NCBI GenBank assembly: GCA_910579455.1
Contig: CAJTUT010000005.1
Location: 1,593-65,592, forward strand
Length of the DNA: 64,000 nt
Reading direction: 5' to 3'
Origin: an uncultured Bacilli bacterium
GTDB taxonomy: Bacteria > Bacillota_I > Bacilli_A > RF39 > UBA660
The notes below the pieces were generated by a model. The model was not told where the DNA came from and searched no databases. It saw only the letters and a list, made by a program, of their open reading frames with translations. The translations under genes and the position numbers were made by a program. Each line of letters starts with the position of its first letter. Within the stretch, counting starts at the first letter, position 1. Positions 21,801-32,077 of this stretch are shown one piece after another.

Positions 21801-22223
21801 ATCCATTCCCACTTCTAACTTTAGAAAGGACTTTTGATAAGAAGCAGGAGTTGGTAAAAACCTTAAATAACCCATTAAATGAGTCACAACTATCTTTTTT
21901 TCTTTCTTAAGACATTCATCCATAGTCTCTAAGCGATTAACCTTTAAATCTGGACTAATGGCAATGGCCTCACTAGTTAAAAAATCATCCATTGGAAACA
22001 AGTATGCTTGATTGGTATAATTTAGAATAGAAGAATATATTTTATTTGCTTCATACAAAGAATTAACAACGACTAAGATATTATTTTTTTCTACAAGCCT
22101 TGATAAATAGCAACAAAAAAACTCATCGGTAACTCCTGTAATACCCATGCCTTTTTTATAATCTATATCGAATATTTGCTCAAAAACATTCATAAAATCA
22201 CCTATTTTTTCGGTTATATTCAT
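18894..22223 (-). CDS. mfd: Transcription-repair coupling factor
   Basis: 1109 aa; UvrB-homology N-terminus; RNAP-interacting domain; superfamily-2 translocase motifs (GDVGFGKTEVA, DEEQRFG); TRG motif. Confidence 0.95.
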   Translation of the reverse strand: MNITEKIGDFMNVFEQIFDIDYKKGMGITGVTDEFFCCYLSRLVEKNNILVVVNSLYEANKIYSSILNYTNQAYLFPMDDFLTSEAIAISPDLKVNRLETMDECLKKEKKIVVTHLMGYLRFLPTPASYQKSFLKLEVGMDISREELISKLLNSGYKKETIVTKTGEVGVRGFVVDVFPLGEENPIRIEFFGDEIDSIRAFCPDDQKSISKMNQVFIRPFSEFITDHEVPNEEKFQKYLPTYTKNVSNISNYLDSCIVVYKDYSQLLLSYQQIMEETLTYQTTKDIEFTGKYMHDLKLLDEKDYFYYLSINNTSSKIEKNLIKNYQVKTPPQFRENVTMIQEYLSSSISKNQTVIICLDKNKRKQVMKLLSYKVIETDFDHIETGSINIVENELTEGFVVGDYIFLTAHELFIENKTSKKYKTKFKYASKLKDINSLEVGDYVVHDAHGIGIYNGIKVLTSNGNKKDYIEVLYKGTDKLYIPVEKIDYLSKYVGKEGLVPHIHKLDSIEWKKTKARVTKKVQDMADQLLKLYADRESRKGFAFSKDTLMTQEFERDCPFELTKDQSLAVQQIKEDMELNRPMDRLLCGDVGFGKTEVAFRAIFKAVMDSKQVLFLCPTTILSSQHYENAKERFCNFPVNIALFNRFTTPREGKRIKEGLLDGSIDLVFGTHRLLSKDIEVRDLGLLVIDEEQRFGVLHKEKIKQYKTNIDVLTLTATPIPRTLQMSMVGIRSLSLIETPPVNRYPIQTYVVEEADLLIKDAIYKELSRSGQTFILYNYVEKIESKVRHIKQLVPDARVDFAHGRMSKQQLENKMIDFIHGDFDVLVCTTIIETGIDIPNVNTLIILDSDRFGLSQLYQIRGRVGRSNRFAYAYLMYRPSKVLTETAVKRLNVIKEFTELGSGFSIATRDLSIRGAGDILGSEQAGFIDTVGIELYLKMLDLEVAKRNGKEIKEEENDSMQTLLNVSTHISDHYIGDESLKIEVHKKINQIHSRDSLIKIKEELEDRFGKIKEDLLIYMHEEWFEKQAEILQISKVVETKNYIELVFLKEVMNKYDTEDLFVQSFKISNMFRFKSRNNSVSIILDTIRLEKHSIYYLTELLEYMINSKNS

Positions 22224-22764
22224 TCATTAAAGTAGAAAAATCCTTTTTAAAATAATCATCTAATATCTTTCCTACTTTTAATGCTACTTGATCCAAAACC
22301 TCTAATTCTTCTTTAGAAAATTTCCCAAGAACATAATCCTTAGTATCCATATCCTTTCTATTAGAAATCCCTATTTTCAATCTTTTATATTGATCTGTTC
22401 CAATATGAAGTTGTATATTTTTAAGACCGTTATGACCTCCACTACTACCACTAGATCTTAATTTAAAATTTCCAATTAATAGATCTAAATCATCACTAAT
22501 CACAAATAAGTCATCAATAGATATTTTATAAAAATTTAAATATTTTCTAACAACTTCTCCTGATAAATTCATATAAGATTGAGGCTTTAAAAATAAAACA
22601 TCTTCTTCAAAAAGCTTACTTTTTAAAAAGAGTCCCTGATCCCTTAACTTAAACCGTCCTAAATCTTTAGAGGAAACATAACGATCGATTATAGAAAAAC
22701 CAATATTATGTCTCGTATTTTCATACTCTTTTCCAGGATTTCCTAACCCTACGATCAATTTCAT
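22198..22764 (-). CDS. pth: Peptidyl-tRNA hydrolase
   Basis: 188 aa; MKLIVGLGNPG...YENTRHNIGF, GHNGLK. Confidence 0.95.
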   Translation of the reverse strand: MKLIVGLGNPGKEYENTRHNIGFSIIDRYVSSKDLGRFKLRDQGLFLKSKLFEEDVLFLKPQSYMNLSGEVVRKYLNFYKISIDDLFVISDDLDLLIGNFKLRSSGSSGGHNGLKNIQLHIGTDQYKRLKIGISNRKDMDTKDYVLGKFSKEELEVLDQVALKVGKILDDYFKKDFSTLMNEYNRKNR

Positions 22765-23609
22765 TTCCGATTCCCTCCGATTTTATACTCTTTATAAACC
22801 TCTGTTTTTGCAATATGACGATCTTTAGCCACCTTTTTCATCGCCTCTTTTTCTTCAACTCCATCATCTAAATAAAGCCTAATATGCTCTTCTATGGTAA
22901 TATGACTATAATCTTCTATCATTTTGTTTCCCTCTACAACTAAAACAATTTCTCCTTTTATTTCTGCTAGTTGCTCTAATACCTCGCTAATATTGCCTCT
23001 AAAGATTTCCTCATACAACTTTGATATCTCTCTTGCTAAAGAAATTCTTCTATCTCCAAAGGTTTTAATCATATTCTTAAGTGTCTTTTCTATTCTATGA
23101 GGAGCTTCATAAAAGACTAAGGAATAATCCAGATTTTTTAACTTTTCTAACTCTTTTATTTGTTTACTATCTTTGGAATTTAAGAAGCCATAAAATAAAA
23201 ATGGGGAAGGAGCTAGTCCTGATGAAATTAAGGCTGGAACAAAGGCAGTAGCACCTGGTAGCCCAACAACTGCCAAGCCCTCTTCTATTACTTTTTTCGC
23301 AATAACATATCCAGGATCACTAATAATAGGTGACCCTTGATCAGTTACAAGTCCAATATTCTTTCCTTCTTGTAAATACTCTACTACCTTTTGTTTTATT
23401 TTTTCCTCATTATGTTCATGACAACTCATCAACTTATTTTTAATGGAATATTTTTTTAATAGATTTCCAGTCACTCTAGTATCTTCACATAAAATAAGAT
23501 CCACACTTTTTAATAAATTTAAAGCTCGAATTGTAATATCTTCTAAATTTCCAATTGGGGTTGGTATCAAATATAGACAAGCTTGTCCATAATAACTCAA
23601 TTGACTCAT
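22761..23609 (-). CDS. rsmI: 16S rRNA (cytidine1402-2'-O)-methyltransferase
   Basis: 282 aa; tetrapyrrole-methylase fold; LYLIPTPIGNLEDIT..CEDTR signature of RsmI/YabC. Confidence 0.9.
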   Translation of the reverse strand: MSQLSYYGQACLYLIPTPIGNLEDITIRALNLLKSVDLILCEDTRVTGNLLKKYSIKNKLMSCHEHNEEKIKQKVVEYLQEGKNIGLVTDQGSPIISDPGYVIAKKVIEEGLAVVGLPGATAFVPALISSGLAPSPFLFYGFLNSKDSKQIKELEKLKNLDYSLVFYEAPHRIEKTLKNMIKTFGDRRISLAREISKLYEEIFRGNISEVLEQLAEIKGEIVLVVEGNKMIEDYSHITIEEHIRLYLDDGVEEKEAMKKVAKDRHIAKTEVYKEYKIGGNRK

Positions 23610-23631
23610 TCACATCCTCCTTAATAAAATT

Positions 23632-24321
23632 CTAATAATATGTAGTAAAGTCTAATGATCTACCTATAAAAGGAGCTTCTATTTTCAATCCCTTTCGACC
23701 ATTTTTAATTCCCTCTAACAAAATGGAGCTTGCTTCTTTTTCCATATGATCATGAACTGTTTTTAATCTTTTCGGAATGATTCTATGATCTTCCATTAGA
23801 GTTAATGCCTCCATGAGTCTTTTAGAATCATATACAATAGCTAATTTTCCTCTATCCTTTAATAACTTTCGACTAATTCTAACAACATCCCCTAAATTCA
23901 AAGTTTCCTCATGTCTAGCTATTGACCTAAATGGGGAATCATTTTTCTTAGACTCATTAAAATAAGGCGGATTACAAACAATTAAATCATAATAATTATT
24001 TTTTTCTAACAAAGAGGATTTCTTAATATCTTCACAATAGAGATTGATTTGATTCTCTAAGCAATTATATGTGATACTTTTTTTGAATAAATCACAAAGT
24101 GGTTTTTGAATTTCTACAGCATCAATCAAAGCATTCGTCTTAGAAGATAAGATTAAACTAATTGCTCCTGTTCCACTTCCTATTTCTAAAACTCTTTTCA
24201 CTGATAAATTTAAGGATGCAAATTCTGCTAATAAAACACTATCTAAAGTAAAATTAAAATACTCGGTATTTTGATAAATTTTCCTATTTTGATACCCTAC
24301 TAAATCATTTAATTGTATCAT
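23632..24321 (-). CDS. tRNA (adenine37-N6)-methyltransferase-like class I MTase (YabB/TrmN6-like)
   Basis: 229 aa; SAM motif I VLEIGSGTGAISL; N6-adenine catalytic NPPY (VCNPPYF). Confidence 0.75.
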   Translation of the reverse strand: MIQLNDLVGYQNRKIYQNTEYFNFTLDSVLLAEFASLNLSVKRVLEIGSGTGAISLILSSKTNALIDAVEIQKPLCDLFKKSITYNCLENQINLYCEDIKKSSLLEKNNYYDLIVCNPPYFNESKKNDSPFRSIARHEETLNLGDVVRISRKLLKDRGKLAIVYDSKRLMEALTLMEDHRIIPKRLKTVHDHMEKEASSILLEGIKNGRKGLKIEAPFIGRSLDFTTYY

Positions 24322-25108
24322 ATGATTCCTTCACTGTTTCTTCTATGATATTATTTTTATCTATTTCTACTTGATAAGTTTGATGGAACAAATTAATAGA
24401 AATTACTTTTCCTTCTCCTTTCGAAGTTTTTATTTTACTACCAATCTTAGGAAAATTTTGTTTTAATTCTCTATATACTTCATCTTCATAATTGAGACAG
24501 CATAATAATCTACCACAAGCACCATTAATTTTATTTGGATTTAAAGCTAAAAACTGATTTTTTGCCATATTAATAGATACACTATTAAAATCTGTTAAAA
24601 AACTATTGCAACATAAGAGCAATCCACACGGTCCAATTCCTCCCATTATTTTAGCTTTATCTCTTACACCAACTTGTCTTAACTCAATTCTTGTTCTGTA
24701 CCTTTGAGCTAATTTTTTTGCTAACTCTCTAAAATCAATCCTCTCTTCTGATACATATGATAAATATAATTGAGATTTATCAAGAGTATAGTTGGATGCA
24801 ATAAAATTCATTTTTAAATGCAACTGTTTCGATAGTTTTTTAGCATAGATTAAAGCTTTGGCTGACTCTTCCTTATTTTTTTTATCCCTTGCAATATCCT
24901 CTTCTGTTGCTATCCTTTTTACATACTTTAATGGAAAAGCTAAATTTTCCCTTTTTTCCTTAATGATATTAGTTTTACATGTTCCAATATCAGTACCATT
25001 TTCTTTTTCTACAACTACCCGATCATTTTTCTTTAATTTCAATTTATTAGGTGAAAAATAATATTTATTAGGCGATGAATCAAAGGAAATTAAAATAATA
25101 TCAAACAT
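24305..25108 (-). CDS. ricT: PSP1-domain protein (stage 0 sporulation protein YaaT/RicT)
   Basis: 267 aa; PSP1 C-terminal domain with Cys-rich LLCC..GACGRLLCCLNYE; immediately downstream of holB as in B. subtilis. Confidence 0.85.
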   Translation of the reverse strand: MFDIILISFDSSPNKYYFSPNKLKLKKNDRVVVEKENGTDIGTCKTNIIKEKRENLAFPLKYVKRIATEEDIARDKKNKEESAKALIYAKKLSKQLHLKMNFIASNYTLDKSQLYLSYVSEERIDFRELAKKLAQRYRTRIELRQVGVRDKAKIMGGIGPCGLLLCCNSFLTDFNSVSINMAKNQFLALNPNKINGACGRLLCCLNYEDEVYRELKQNFPKIGSKIKTSKGEGKVISINLFHQTYQVEIDKNNIIEETVKESYDTIK

Positions 25109-25948
25109 CTATTTCACCTCCATTAATTGGATCAATAAATCTGTCAACCATAATTTTAAGTTTAAATTATATTGAAGCTTTTCTTTATATGAATCAAATA
25201 TCTCAATATATTTCAATAATATTTTATTATTAATATCTTTTAATAAATTATTTTTCTGGTTATCTGTATTATTTTGATCCAAACAATTACAAAAATAAGT
25301 CTGTAATAAACCCAAATTAGTCTTTGATTGTTCCTTATCATAAAATAACTTATTTAGATAAGTGTCAAAATTTAATATCAAATCATTTTTTTTCTGTATT
25401 TCTAATACAAAATCCATTAAGTATGTATCTAAATCAACAGTTAATGAATAATCACCAGATAAACTTAGTACTTGGCATCTTGATAAAATAGTATCCAATA
25501 CTTGATACCTATTATTTGTAAGTAAAATTGCTATAATTCCTTCTTCTGGTTCTTCTAAAAATTTCAAAATAGTATTAGCTGATGAGTCATTTAAATTTTC
25601 TGCCTTATCAATTACATAAATCAATTTACTATCTAATAAAGATTTTTTAGAAAACTCTAGTTCCAATTGAATTAATTGTTCCTTTTTTATCCAAGATCCA
25701 TCAGGTCTAATAATCTTTAAATCAGGATAATTATTATGATCGATTTGCTTTGATATTTTTAAATTTTTGTCTGGATTAATTTTATTCGAACTACATAATA
25801 AAATTTTTATAAACTCATTTACAAATTCCATATAATTCGAAAGATTTGCAATTTCTATTAAATAAGCATGTGATATTTTTTTATTATTAATAATGCTCTT
25901 TTCTATATAATCATAGAATTTCTTCTGATACCTAATTTCACTACTCAA
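25109..25948 (-). CDS. holB: DNA polymerase III subunit delta prime
   Basis: 279 aa; HAYLI(E) motif near the N-terminus; AAA+-like clamp-loader fold without an intact Walker A; conserved position. Confidence 0.7.
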   Translation of the reverse strand: MSSEIRYQKKFYDYIEKSIINNKKISHAYLIEIANLSNYMEFVNEFIKILLCSSNKINPDKNLKISKQIDHNNYPDLKIIRPDGSWIKKEQLIQLELEFSKKSLLDSKLIYVIDKAENLNDSSANTILKFLEEPEEGIIAILLTNNRYQVLDTILSRCQVLSLSGDYSLTVDLDTYLMDFVLEIQKKNDLILNFDTYLNKLFYDKEQSKTNLGLLQTYFCNCLDQNNTDNQKNNLLKDINNKILLKYIEIFDSYKEKLQYNLNLKLWLTDLLIQLMEVK

Positions 25949-25965
25949 AATACCACCTACTTCAT

Positions 25966-26169
25966 CTAAAGAGCTATAACTTTTAGCAATAATAGTGCCA
26001 ATAAAGATGGGACACCTAAAAAAGTAACTACTCCAATTGTAATAACATTAATAGGAATTACCATATTAAAGTTAACAGCAATTAAATTATACCCATACAG
26101 AATAAAAAAACTCATAATCAATCTTCTAATATAAATCATTATCTTTTTCATACTTGTCCATCTCCTCAT
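25966..26169 (-). CDS. bofA: Pro-sigma-K processing inhibitor BofA
   Basis: 67 aa, two TM; IPINVITIGVVTFLGVPSLLALLLLK aligns with B. subtilis BofA VPINLVTTAISGILGIPGIAALVVIK; conserved location downstream of recR. Confidence 0.7.
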   Translation of the reverse strand: MRRWTSMKKIMIYIRRLIMSFFILYGYNLIAVNFNMVIPINVITIGVVTFLGVPSLLALLLLKVIAL

Positions 26170-26194
26170 TAAACAGTATGAAAATTTTTGTGAA

Positions 26195-26791
26195 TTATTC
26201 TACTTCTTTTCTATCGTTCAAAGCCCTCTCTAATGTCAAACTATCTATATACTCAATATCTGCTCCCATTGGAACTCCACTTGCTAATCTGGTAATTTTA
26301 ATCTTAGTATCATCAAGCATTTTTTTGATGTATAATGCAGTCGTCTCCCCTTCAACACTAGGTTTAAAAGCAAATATAATTTCTTGATACTTTTCATTTT
26401 TAACTCTATTAAACAATTTCCCTAATCCTATATCTTCTGGATTAATACCATCTAAGGGAGAAATTAAACCATCTAAAACGTGATACATCCCCTTAAACAT
26501 CCCCATCTTTTCAAAAAGATAAATACTTTTTACATCTTCTACCACACACAGTATTTTTTTATCTCGATAAGAGTCACTACAAATATTACAAATTTCTGAT
26601 TCTGTTAAATTATTACAACTCTGACATTTATGAATTAATTTCTGTATATTTTTTATATTATCAGAAAAAAATTTAACATTATCATAATCCATTTCTAAGA
26701 TACAAAAAGCTAATCGTTCTGCAGTTCTTTCCCCAATTCCTGGTAATAATTTAAACGATTCTATTAAATTATGTATACTTTCTGGATACAT
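26195..26791 (-). CDS. recR: Recombination protein RecR
   Basis: Start set at MYPESIHNLIESFKLLPGIG (HhH); C4 zinc finger CQSCNN..CNIC; Toprim region. Track ORF begins 30 nt further upstream. Confidence 0.9.
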   Translation of the reverse strand: MYPESIHNLIESFKLLPGIGERTAERLAFCILEMDYDNVKFFSDNIKNIQKLIHKCQSCNNLTESEICNICSDSYRDKKILCVVEDVKSIYLFEKMGMFKGMYHVLDGLISPLDGINPEDIGLGKLFNRVKNEKYQEIIFAFKPSVEGETTALYIKKMLDDTKIKITRLASGVPMGADIEYIDSLTLERALNDRKEVE

Positions 26792-26792
26792 T

Positions 26793-27092
26793 TTAAAATA
26801 ACCCTGGCATTGAATTACCAAATTTACCCATTTTATCTTCTGTCATTTCATCAATTTTTTTATTAGCCTCATTGACAGCTAATAAAATCATATCTTCTAG
26901 CATCTCTATATCTTCTTTTCCTAATGATTCGTCATGATTAATCTCTACTTTTATAACTTCTTTTGTACCCTTCATTGTAACTTTAACTAATGAATTTTCT
27001 CCAATAAATTCAGTCTGATCAATTTCTTCTTTTGTATTCATCATATCTTTTTGTAATTTTTGAGCCTGTTTCATTAACGCTTGCATATTCAT
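26793..27092 (-). CDS. ybaB: Nucleoid-associated protein YbaB/EbfC
   Basis: 99 aa; MNMQALMKQAQKLQKDM... typical of the YbaB family; between dnaX and recR. Confidence 0.9.
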   Translation of the reverse strand: MNMQALMKQAQKLQKDMMNTKEEIDQTEFIGENSLVKVTMKGTKEVIKVEINHDESLGKEDIEMLEDMILLAVNEANKKIDEMTEDKMGKFGNSMPGLF

Positions 27093-27107
27093 ATTACCAT
27101 CCTCTTT

Positions 27108-28835
27108 CTAATTTATTTCAACAATATCACCAAAGTCACTCAATTCTGAGAACTTATTACTTTTTCTCTCGATATTCATATCAATTAACTCTGGCTCTTC
27201 TATAATAACATACTTTTGATTATTTTTAGTACTTTTTATATATTTTTGCTTTTCTAATTCCCACATATCATCAGTAATAATTCCTATTTTTTTATTAATT
27301 CCTGTCTCTTTTTCTAATACACTCTGAAAGAGACTAAGTTCCCTTAAATTTTGATTAACTACAGAATCATACTCATAGCTAATAATCAAAATATCTTTAC
27401 TAACTACTCTAATAGTTGAATTTAATAGTTCAGAAACCACATATCCAATATCTTGATCAAAAACTGAATCATTTAATTTTTTAAAATCTATTTCACATTG
27501 TTTTTTTTCTTTTTTATCTGCTTGTGCTAAAGCATTATTTAATCGAATTGTCATAATTTCATAAATATTAGATTTTTCCTCAAAACTCTCCTGATTCTCT
27601 CTATTATCACTAGATATCATTCCCATAGATTGATTTTCTTGTTGATTAACATCTGATTCATAAACTTTAAGATCTTTTGGCTGATTATTATCCATCTCCT
27701 CTTTTTTATTTCCCAATATTATTTCCTGGGAAATATTCTTCTCATTTTTAAAATTTTGACTTTCTTGGGAAATATTTTGATCCATCTCTTTACTATTTAA
27801 AACAATATTCTCTATAAACTTTAAAATCATAATTTCAATATATATTTTAGGAGTTGAGGCTTTTTTAATATCGAACATTTTTTCGTTTAGCAATTCAACA
27901 AGAGCTTGATAAGATTCTATCTTAAATTTTAATATTTTATTTTTTAAATAATATTCTATCATTATATCCCTTAAATAACATATAACTTGGTTTATAATTT
28001 CTATTAGATTTTTTCCATTATAATAATATTCATTAATTTCTAAAATAAATTTTTTTACATCACCAGATAAAATAATTTCAATAAATTCCTCTATTTTTTT
28101 ATTAGAAATCATATCATTGATTTCTAGATAATCTTCCATAGTGATTAATTCTTGTTTATAAGAAGATATCTTATCCAAGGAACTGATTGAATCTCTTAAT
28201 CCTCCGTTAGAAGAAATTGCGATTTGTTTTAAAACATCTTCATCAATACAAATTTTTTCTTCCTTACAAATTTTATTTAGCTTTTCCACAATACTTTTCT
28301 CATTAATTCTTTTAAAAGAATAGCACTGGCATCTTGAAACTATAGTTTCTGATACCTTTTGTGGATCTGTAGTCGCCAAAATAAAGATAACATGTTTAGG
28401 AGGTTCTTCTAATGTTTTTAATAAAGCATTAAAGGCACCTGAAGTCAGCATATGCACTTCATCTATTATGTACACTTTATATTTTAAATCACTAGGCACT
28501 ATATTGACTTTACTCTTTATTTCTCTAATCTCATCAACTCCATTATTAGAAGCTGCATCAATTTCTATAATATCCACAGTTTGATTCTCTTTTGATTTGA
28601 TACAAGAAGAACAAATATCACAAGGATTTCCATCTTTTGATTTTTCGCAATTCACAGCTCTTGCAAAAATTTTTGCAATTGTTGTTTTCCCAATACCTCT
28701 TGGGCCATAAAACAAATAAGCATGACTTACTTTGTTATAAATGATAGCATTTTTTAATGTTTTTATTACAAAATCTTGACCTACTACATCATCAAAAACT
28801 TTTGGTCGATATTTTCTATACAATGCCTGATACAT
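27108..28835 (-). CDS. dnaX: DNA polymerase III subunit gamma/tau
   Basis: Start at MYQALYRKYRPK (GAAGGAGGG RBS 7 nt upstream); Walker A GPRGIGKTT, HAYLFYGP, zinc module C..C..C..C; roughly 575 aa. Confidence 0.92.
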   Translation of the reverse strand: MYQALYRKYRPKVFDDVVGQDFVIKTLKNAIIYNKVSHAYLFYGPRGIGKTTIAKIFARAVNCEKSKDGNPCDICSSCIKSKENQTVDIIEIDAASNNGVDEIREIKSKVNIVPSDLKYKVYIIDEVHMLTSGAFNALLKTLEEPPKHVIFILATTDPQKVSETIVSRCQCYSFKRINEKSIVEKLNKICKEEKICIDEDVLKQIAISSNGGLRDSISSLDKISSYKQELITMEDYLEINDMISNKKIEEFIEIILSGDVKKFILEINEYYYNGKNLIEIINQVICYLRDIMIEYYLKNKILKFKIESYQALVELLNEKMFDIKKASTPKIYIEIMILKFIENIVLNSKEMDQNISQESQNFKNEKNISQEIILGNKKEEMDNNQPKDLKVYESDVNQQENQSMGMISSDNRENQESFEEKSNIYEIMTIRLNNALAQADKKEKKQCEIDFKKLNDSVFDQDIGYVVSELLNSTIRVVSKDILIISYEYDSVVNQNLRELSLFQSVLEKETGINKKIGIITDDMWELEKQKYIKSTKNNQKYVIIEEPELIDMNIERKSNKFSELSDFGDIVEIN

Positions 28836-28874
28836 AAAAGAACCCTCCTTCAATAGACTTATTATATCATAGTA

Positions 28875-29315
28875 TTATGATTTACGTCGATTTTTAAAAA
28901 ATTTTCGTATAATGCTTTTATAATATTTATCATTTATATTTTTTTCCACAAAGACCTTTCTGTTAATATCAGTTTCATCAAGAATTTTTTTACTGATACT
29001 ATTAGAACTATTTGTCAAAGCATAATAAACTCTTCTAATTCTTGATTGTTTAATAGCACTAGAACACATAGGACAGGGTTGTAAAGTCACATACATTTCA
29101 CAATCATTCAATCTCCAATTATTCAATTTTTTCGATGCTTTATTGATAGCTAAAAGTTCAGCATGTGCAGTAACTGACTTTTTCTTTTCTTTTAAATTAT
29201 GAGTTTTTGCTATAATTTTACCATTTTTAATAATGACACAACCTACAGGAACCTCATTTTTTTTATAAGCCCTTAAAGATTCTTTAATAGCCATATCCAT
29301 ATATTTATGATTCAT
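28875..29315 (-). CDS. tadA: tRNA-specific adenosine deaminase
   Basis: CDA fold: HAELLAI, PCPMCSSAI. I place the start at MNHKYMDMAIKES (TadA-like length, about 146 aa) rather than the upstream-extended track ORF (29402). Confidence 0.8.
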   Translation of the reverse strand: MNHKYMDMAIKESLRAYKKNEVPVGCVIIKNGKIIAKTHNLKEKKKSVTAHAELLAINKASKKLNNWRLNDCEMYVTLQPCPMCSSAIKQSRIRRVYYALTNSSNSISKKILDETDINRKVFVEKNINDKYYKSIIRKFFKNRRKS

Positions 29316-29481
29316 ATATTTCACTCCAAAATAAAGATGCACATGAGAGTTAATTGTTAAAGCTGCTATCTTCCGATCCTGACTTATTTCCAATGCACTC
29401 ATTGCATCAACAATATAATACTATAAATTGTTCGTTAATTACAAGAATTTATTAAAATTTATTGAAATTTTATGATTTTTA

Positions 29482-29597
29482 TTTCCCGGGAAATAATTTT
29501 GAATAGGTTTCACGTGAAACAAATATATGAAATAGCCAGCAAAACGTTTCACGTGAAACAACTTTAATTAATAAGTAGTTAATGTTTCACGTGAAAC
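29482..29597. repeat. Array of perfect palindromes in the gyrA-tadA spacer: TTTCCCGGGAAA (29482-29493) and 3x GTTTCACGTGAAAC (29507-29520, 29546-29559, 29584-29597)
   Basis: Read directly in the sequence; the three 14-mers are identical and spaced 39 and 38 bp apart. Confidence 0.9.
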
Positions 29598-29610
29598 AAA
29601 AAAAAGAAAA

Positions 29611-32064
29611 TCAAATTTCTTCTTCGATTTTCTCGCCATTTTCTTCTAATTCCTTTTCTACAAGTGCAATTGTTGATACTTTTTGATTATCTTTTAAATT
29701 AATTAATCTTACTCCCTGGGTAGCCCTTTTTAATACGGATATCTGTTCCAATGGCATTCTCATAATTATTCCACTATCTGTAATAATCATAATATCATTT
29801 TCTTCAATTTTATCAATACATTTTAAAGAAACCATCATACCATTTTTGTCAGTAATATTTAATGCCTTAACACCTTTGCTGCCTCTATGAGTTAATCTAT
29901 ACTCTTCGATTATTGTCTGTTTACCATAACCATTCTCAGTGACAATTAAAACCAACTGATTTTCATTTACTACTTCAGATCCCACTACATAATCTTGTTC
30001 TGGTAAATCAATTCCCCTTACTCCAGAAGTATTTCTACCCATAGATCTAATTTCTGTCTCTATAAATCTTACCATTCTACCATTACTTGCACCAATTACA
30101 ATTTGATTTTCTCCATTTGTTTTTCTAACGCTAATCAATTCATCATCATCTTTTAGTAAAATTGCTATTTTTCCACCTTTTCTAATGCTATCAAATTCTT
30201 TAATATCAGTTCTTTTAACAAGACCTCTTTTGGTAGAGAATAATAGATATTTAGAAATTTCATCTTTTGAGGAAATTGATATTATAGAACGTATGTTTTC
30301 TCCTTTTCCTAATTGCAATAAATTTATAATTGGTAAACCTTTAGATTGTCTACTGAATTCAGGAATTTCATATCCCTTTAAACGATATACTCGTCCTTTA
30401 TTTGAGAAGAATAAAATATAATCATGAGTTTTTGTTGATAATAAATGCTCGACAAAGTCTTCCTCGTTAGTTGCCATTCCTTTAATACCAACACCTCCCC
30501 TATTTTGACTTCTATAGGTATCAGATTTTAATCTCTTAATATATCCTTTATTAGTAAGAGTTATAATAATATCCTCAACTGGAATTAATGATTCATCTTC
30601 AATATATTCAATCGCTGTCATATCAATATTGGTTCTACGTTCATCACCAAATTTATTTTTAATTTCTAACATTTCATCTTTAATAATTTGTAAAATTCTT
30701 TCCTCACTTGCTAAAATTGCCTTTAACTCTTCAATTTCTTTTAATAAGTTAGCAAGTTCTGACTCTATTTTATCTCTCTCTAACCCCGTTAACCTTCTCA
30801 ATTTCATCTCCAAAATAGCTTGTGCTTGAGGTTCCGATAAATTATAATTTCCCATTAAACCATTTAATGCTTCATCATCTGACTTAGAAGATTTAATTAA
30901 CTTAATAATCTCATCAATATGATCTAGTGCAATCTTTAAACCTTCCAATATATGTGCTCTTTTTTCATCTTTGTCCAAATCAAATTTAGTTCTACGAATA
31001 ATAATTTCTTTTTGATAATCGATATATTTAGATATAATATCTTTTAATCCCAATGTTTTAGGTGTTCCTTGATCCAACATCAAGAAAATAATTCCATAAT
31101 TTTTTTGAAACTCAGTGTGTTTATATAAATTATTAAGAACTACTTGAGGATTAGCATCCTTTTTTAAAGTAATAGTAATCTTAATACCCTCTTTTAAATC
31201 GGCATGATAATCAGAAATACCATCAATTACTTTATTATGAACCAATTCGGCAACCTTATTTTTCAAATCAAGTGTATTGACACCATAAGGAACCTCATCA
31301 ATAATAATATAATTTTTTCCCTTAATCTCTTCGATTGTTGCTTTACTTCTAATAGTAATAGATCCTCTTCCTGTTTCATAAGCCTTTCTAATACCACTAT
31401 TTCCAAGGATAGTCGCACCTGTTGGAAAATCAGGTCCTTTAATATATTGCATTAAACCATCTAAATCAATATCTGGATTATCAATATAAGCAACACATCC
31501 ATCAATTACTTCCTTTAAATTATGAGGTGGAATATTAGTAGCCATTCCTACGGCAATTCCCATAGTACCATTTACTAAAATATTAGGAAATCTAGAAGGA
31601 AGAATCTCTGGTTCTTTTTCAGATTCATCAAAATTTGGTATAAAATCAACTGTATTTTTATTAATATTTCTTAATAATTCCAATGATATTTTAGAAAGAC
31701 GAGACTCTGTATAACGCATCGCTGCTGCTCCATATCCTTCAATATTACCAAAGTTACCATGACCATCTACTAACATATATCGATAAGAAAAATCCTGAGC
31801 CATTCGAACCATAGCTTCATAAATACTAGAGTCTCCATGCGGATGATATCTACCCATAACATCTCCGACAATTCTAGCACTTTTCTTATGAGGTTTATCT
31901 GGGGTATAACTAGATTCATACATAGAATATAAAATTCTACGATGTACGGGTTTTAAACCATCTCTCAAATCTGGCAAAGCACGAGATACAATAACACTCA
32001 TAGAATACTCTAAAAAAGAATTTTTTACTTCATTTACAATATTATTTTGTTCTAATCGATCCAT
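29611..32064 (-). CDS. gyrA: DNA gyrase subunit A
   Basis: 817 aa; AAMRYTE active-site Tyr motif; QRILY-like region; C-terminal beta-pinwheel repeats. Confidence 0.97.
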   Translation of the reverse strand: MDRLEQNNIVNEVKNSFLEYSMSVIVSRALPDLRDGLKPVHRRILYSMYESSYTPDKPHKKSARIVGDVMGRYHPHGDSSIYEAMVRMAQDFSYRYMLVDGHGNFGNIEGYGAAAMRYTESRLSKISLELLRNINKNTVDFIPNFDESEKEPEILPSRFPNILVNGTMGIAVGMATNIPPHNLKEVIDGCVAYIDNPDIDLDGLMQYIKGPDFPTGATILGNSGIRKAYETGRGSITIRSKATIEEIKGKNYIIIDEVPYGVNTLDLKNKVAELVHNKVIDGISDYHADLKEGIKITITLKKDANPQVVLNNLYKHTEFQKNYGIIFLMLDQGTPKTLGLKDIISKYIDYQKEIIIRRTKFDLDKDEKRAHILEGLKIALDHIDEIIKLIKSSKSDDEALNGLMGNYNLSEPQAQAILEMKLRRLTGLERDKIESELANLLKEIEELKAILASEERILQIIKDEMLEIKNKFGDERRTNIDMTAIEYIEDESLIPVEDIIITLTNKGYIKRLKSDTYRSQNRGGVGIKGMATNEEDFVEHLLSTKTHDYILFFSNKGRVYRLKGYEIPEFSRQSKGLPIINLLQLGKGENIRSIISISSKDEISKYLLFSTKRGLVKRTDIKEFDSIRKGGKIAILLKDDDELISVRKTNGENQIVIGASNGRMVRFIETEIRSMGRNTSGVRGIDLPEQDYVVGSEVVNENQLVLIVTENGYGKQTIIEEYRLTHRGSKGVKALNITDKNGMMVSLKCIDKIEENDIMIITDSGIIMRMPLEQISVLKRATQGVRLINLKDNQKVSTIALVEKELEENGEKIEEEI

Positions 32065-32077
32065 AAATTATTACCTC

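Noticed and set aside
29507-29597. Interpreting the GTTTCACGTGAAAC palindromes as rho-independent terminators of gyrA
   Set aside because: On the gyrA (minus) strand the T-run precedes rather than follows the proximal palindrome. The stems would be only 5 bp after allowing a loop. Operator or repeat function is more likely.
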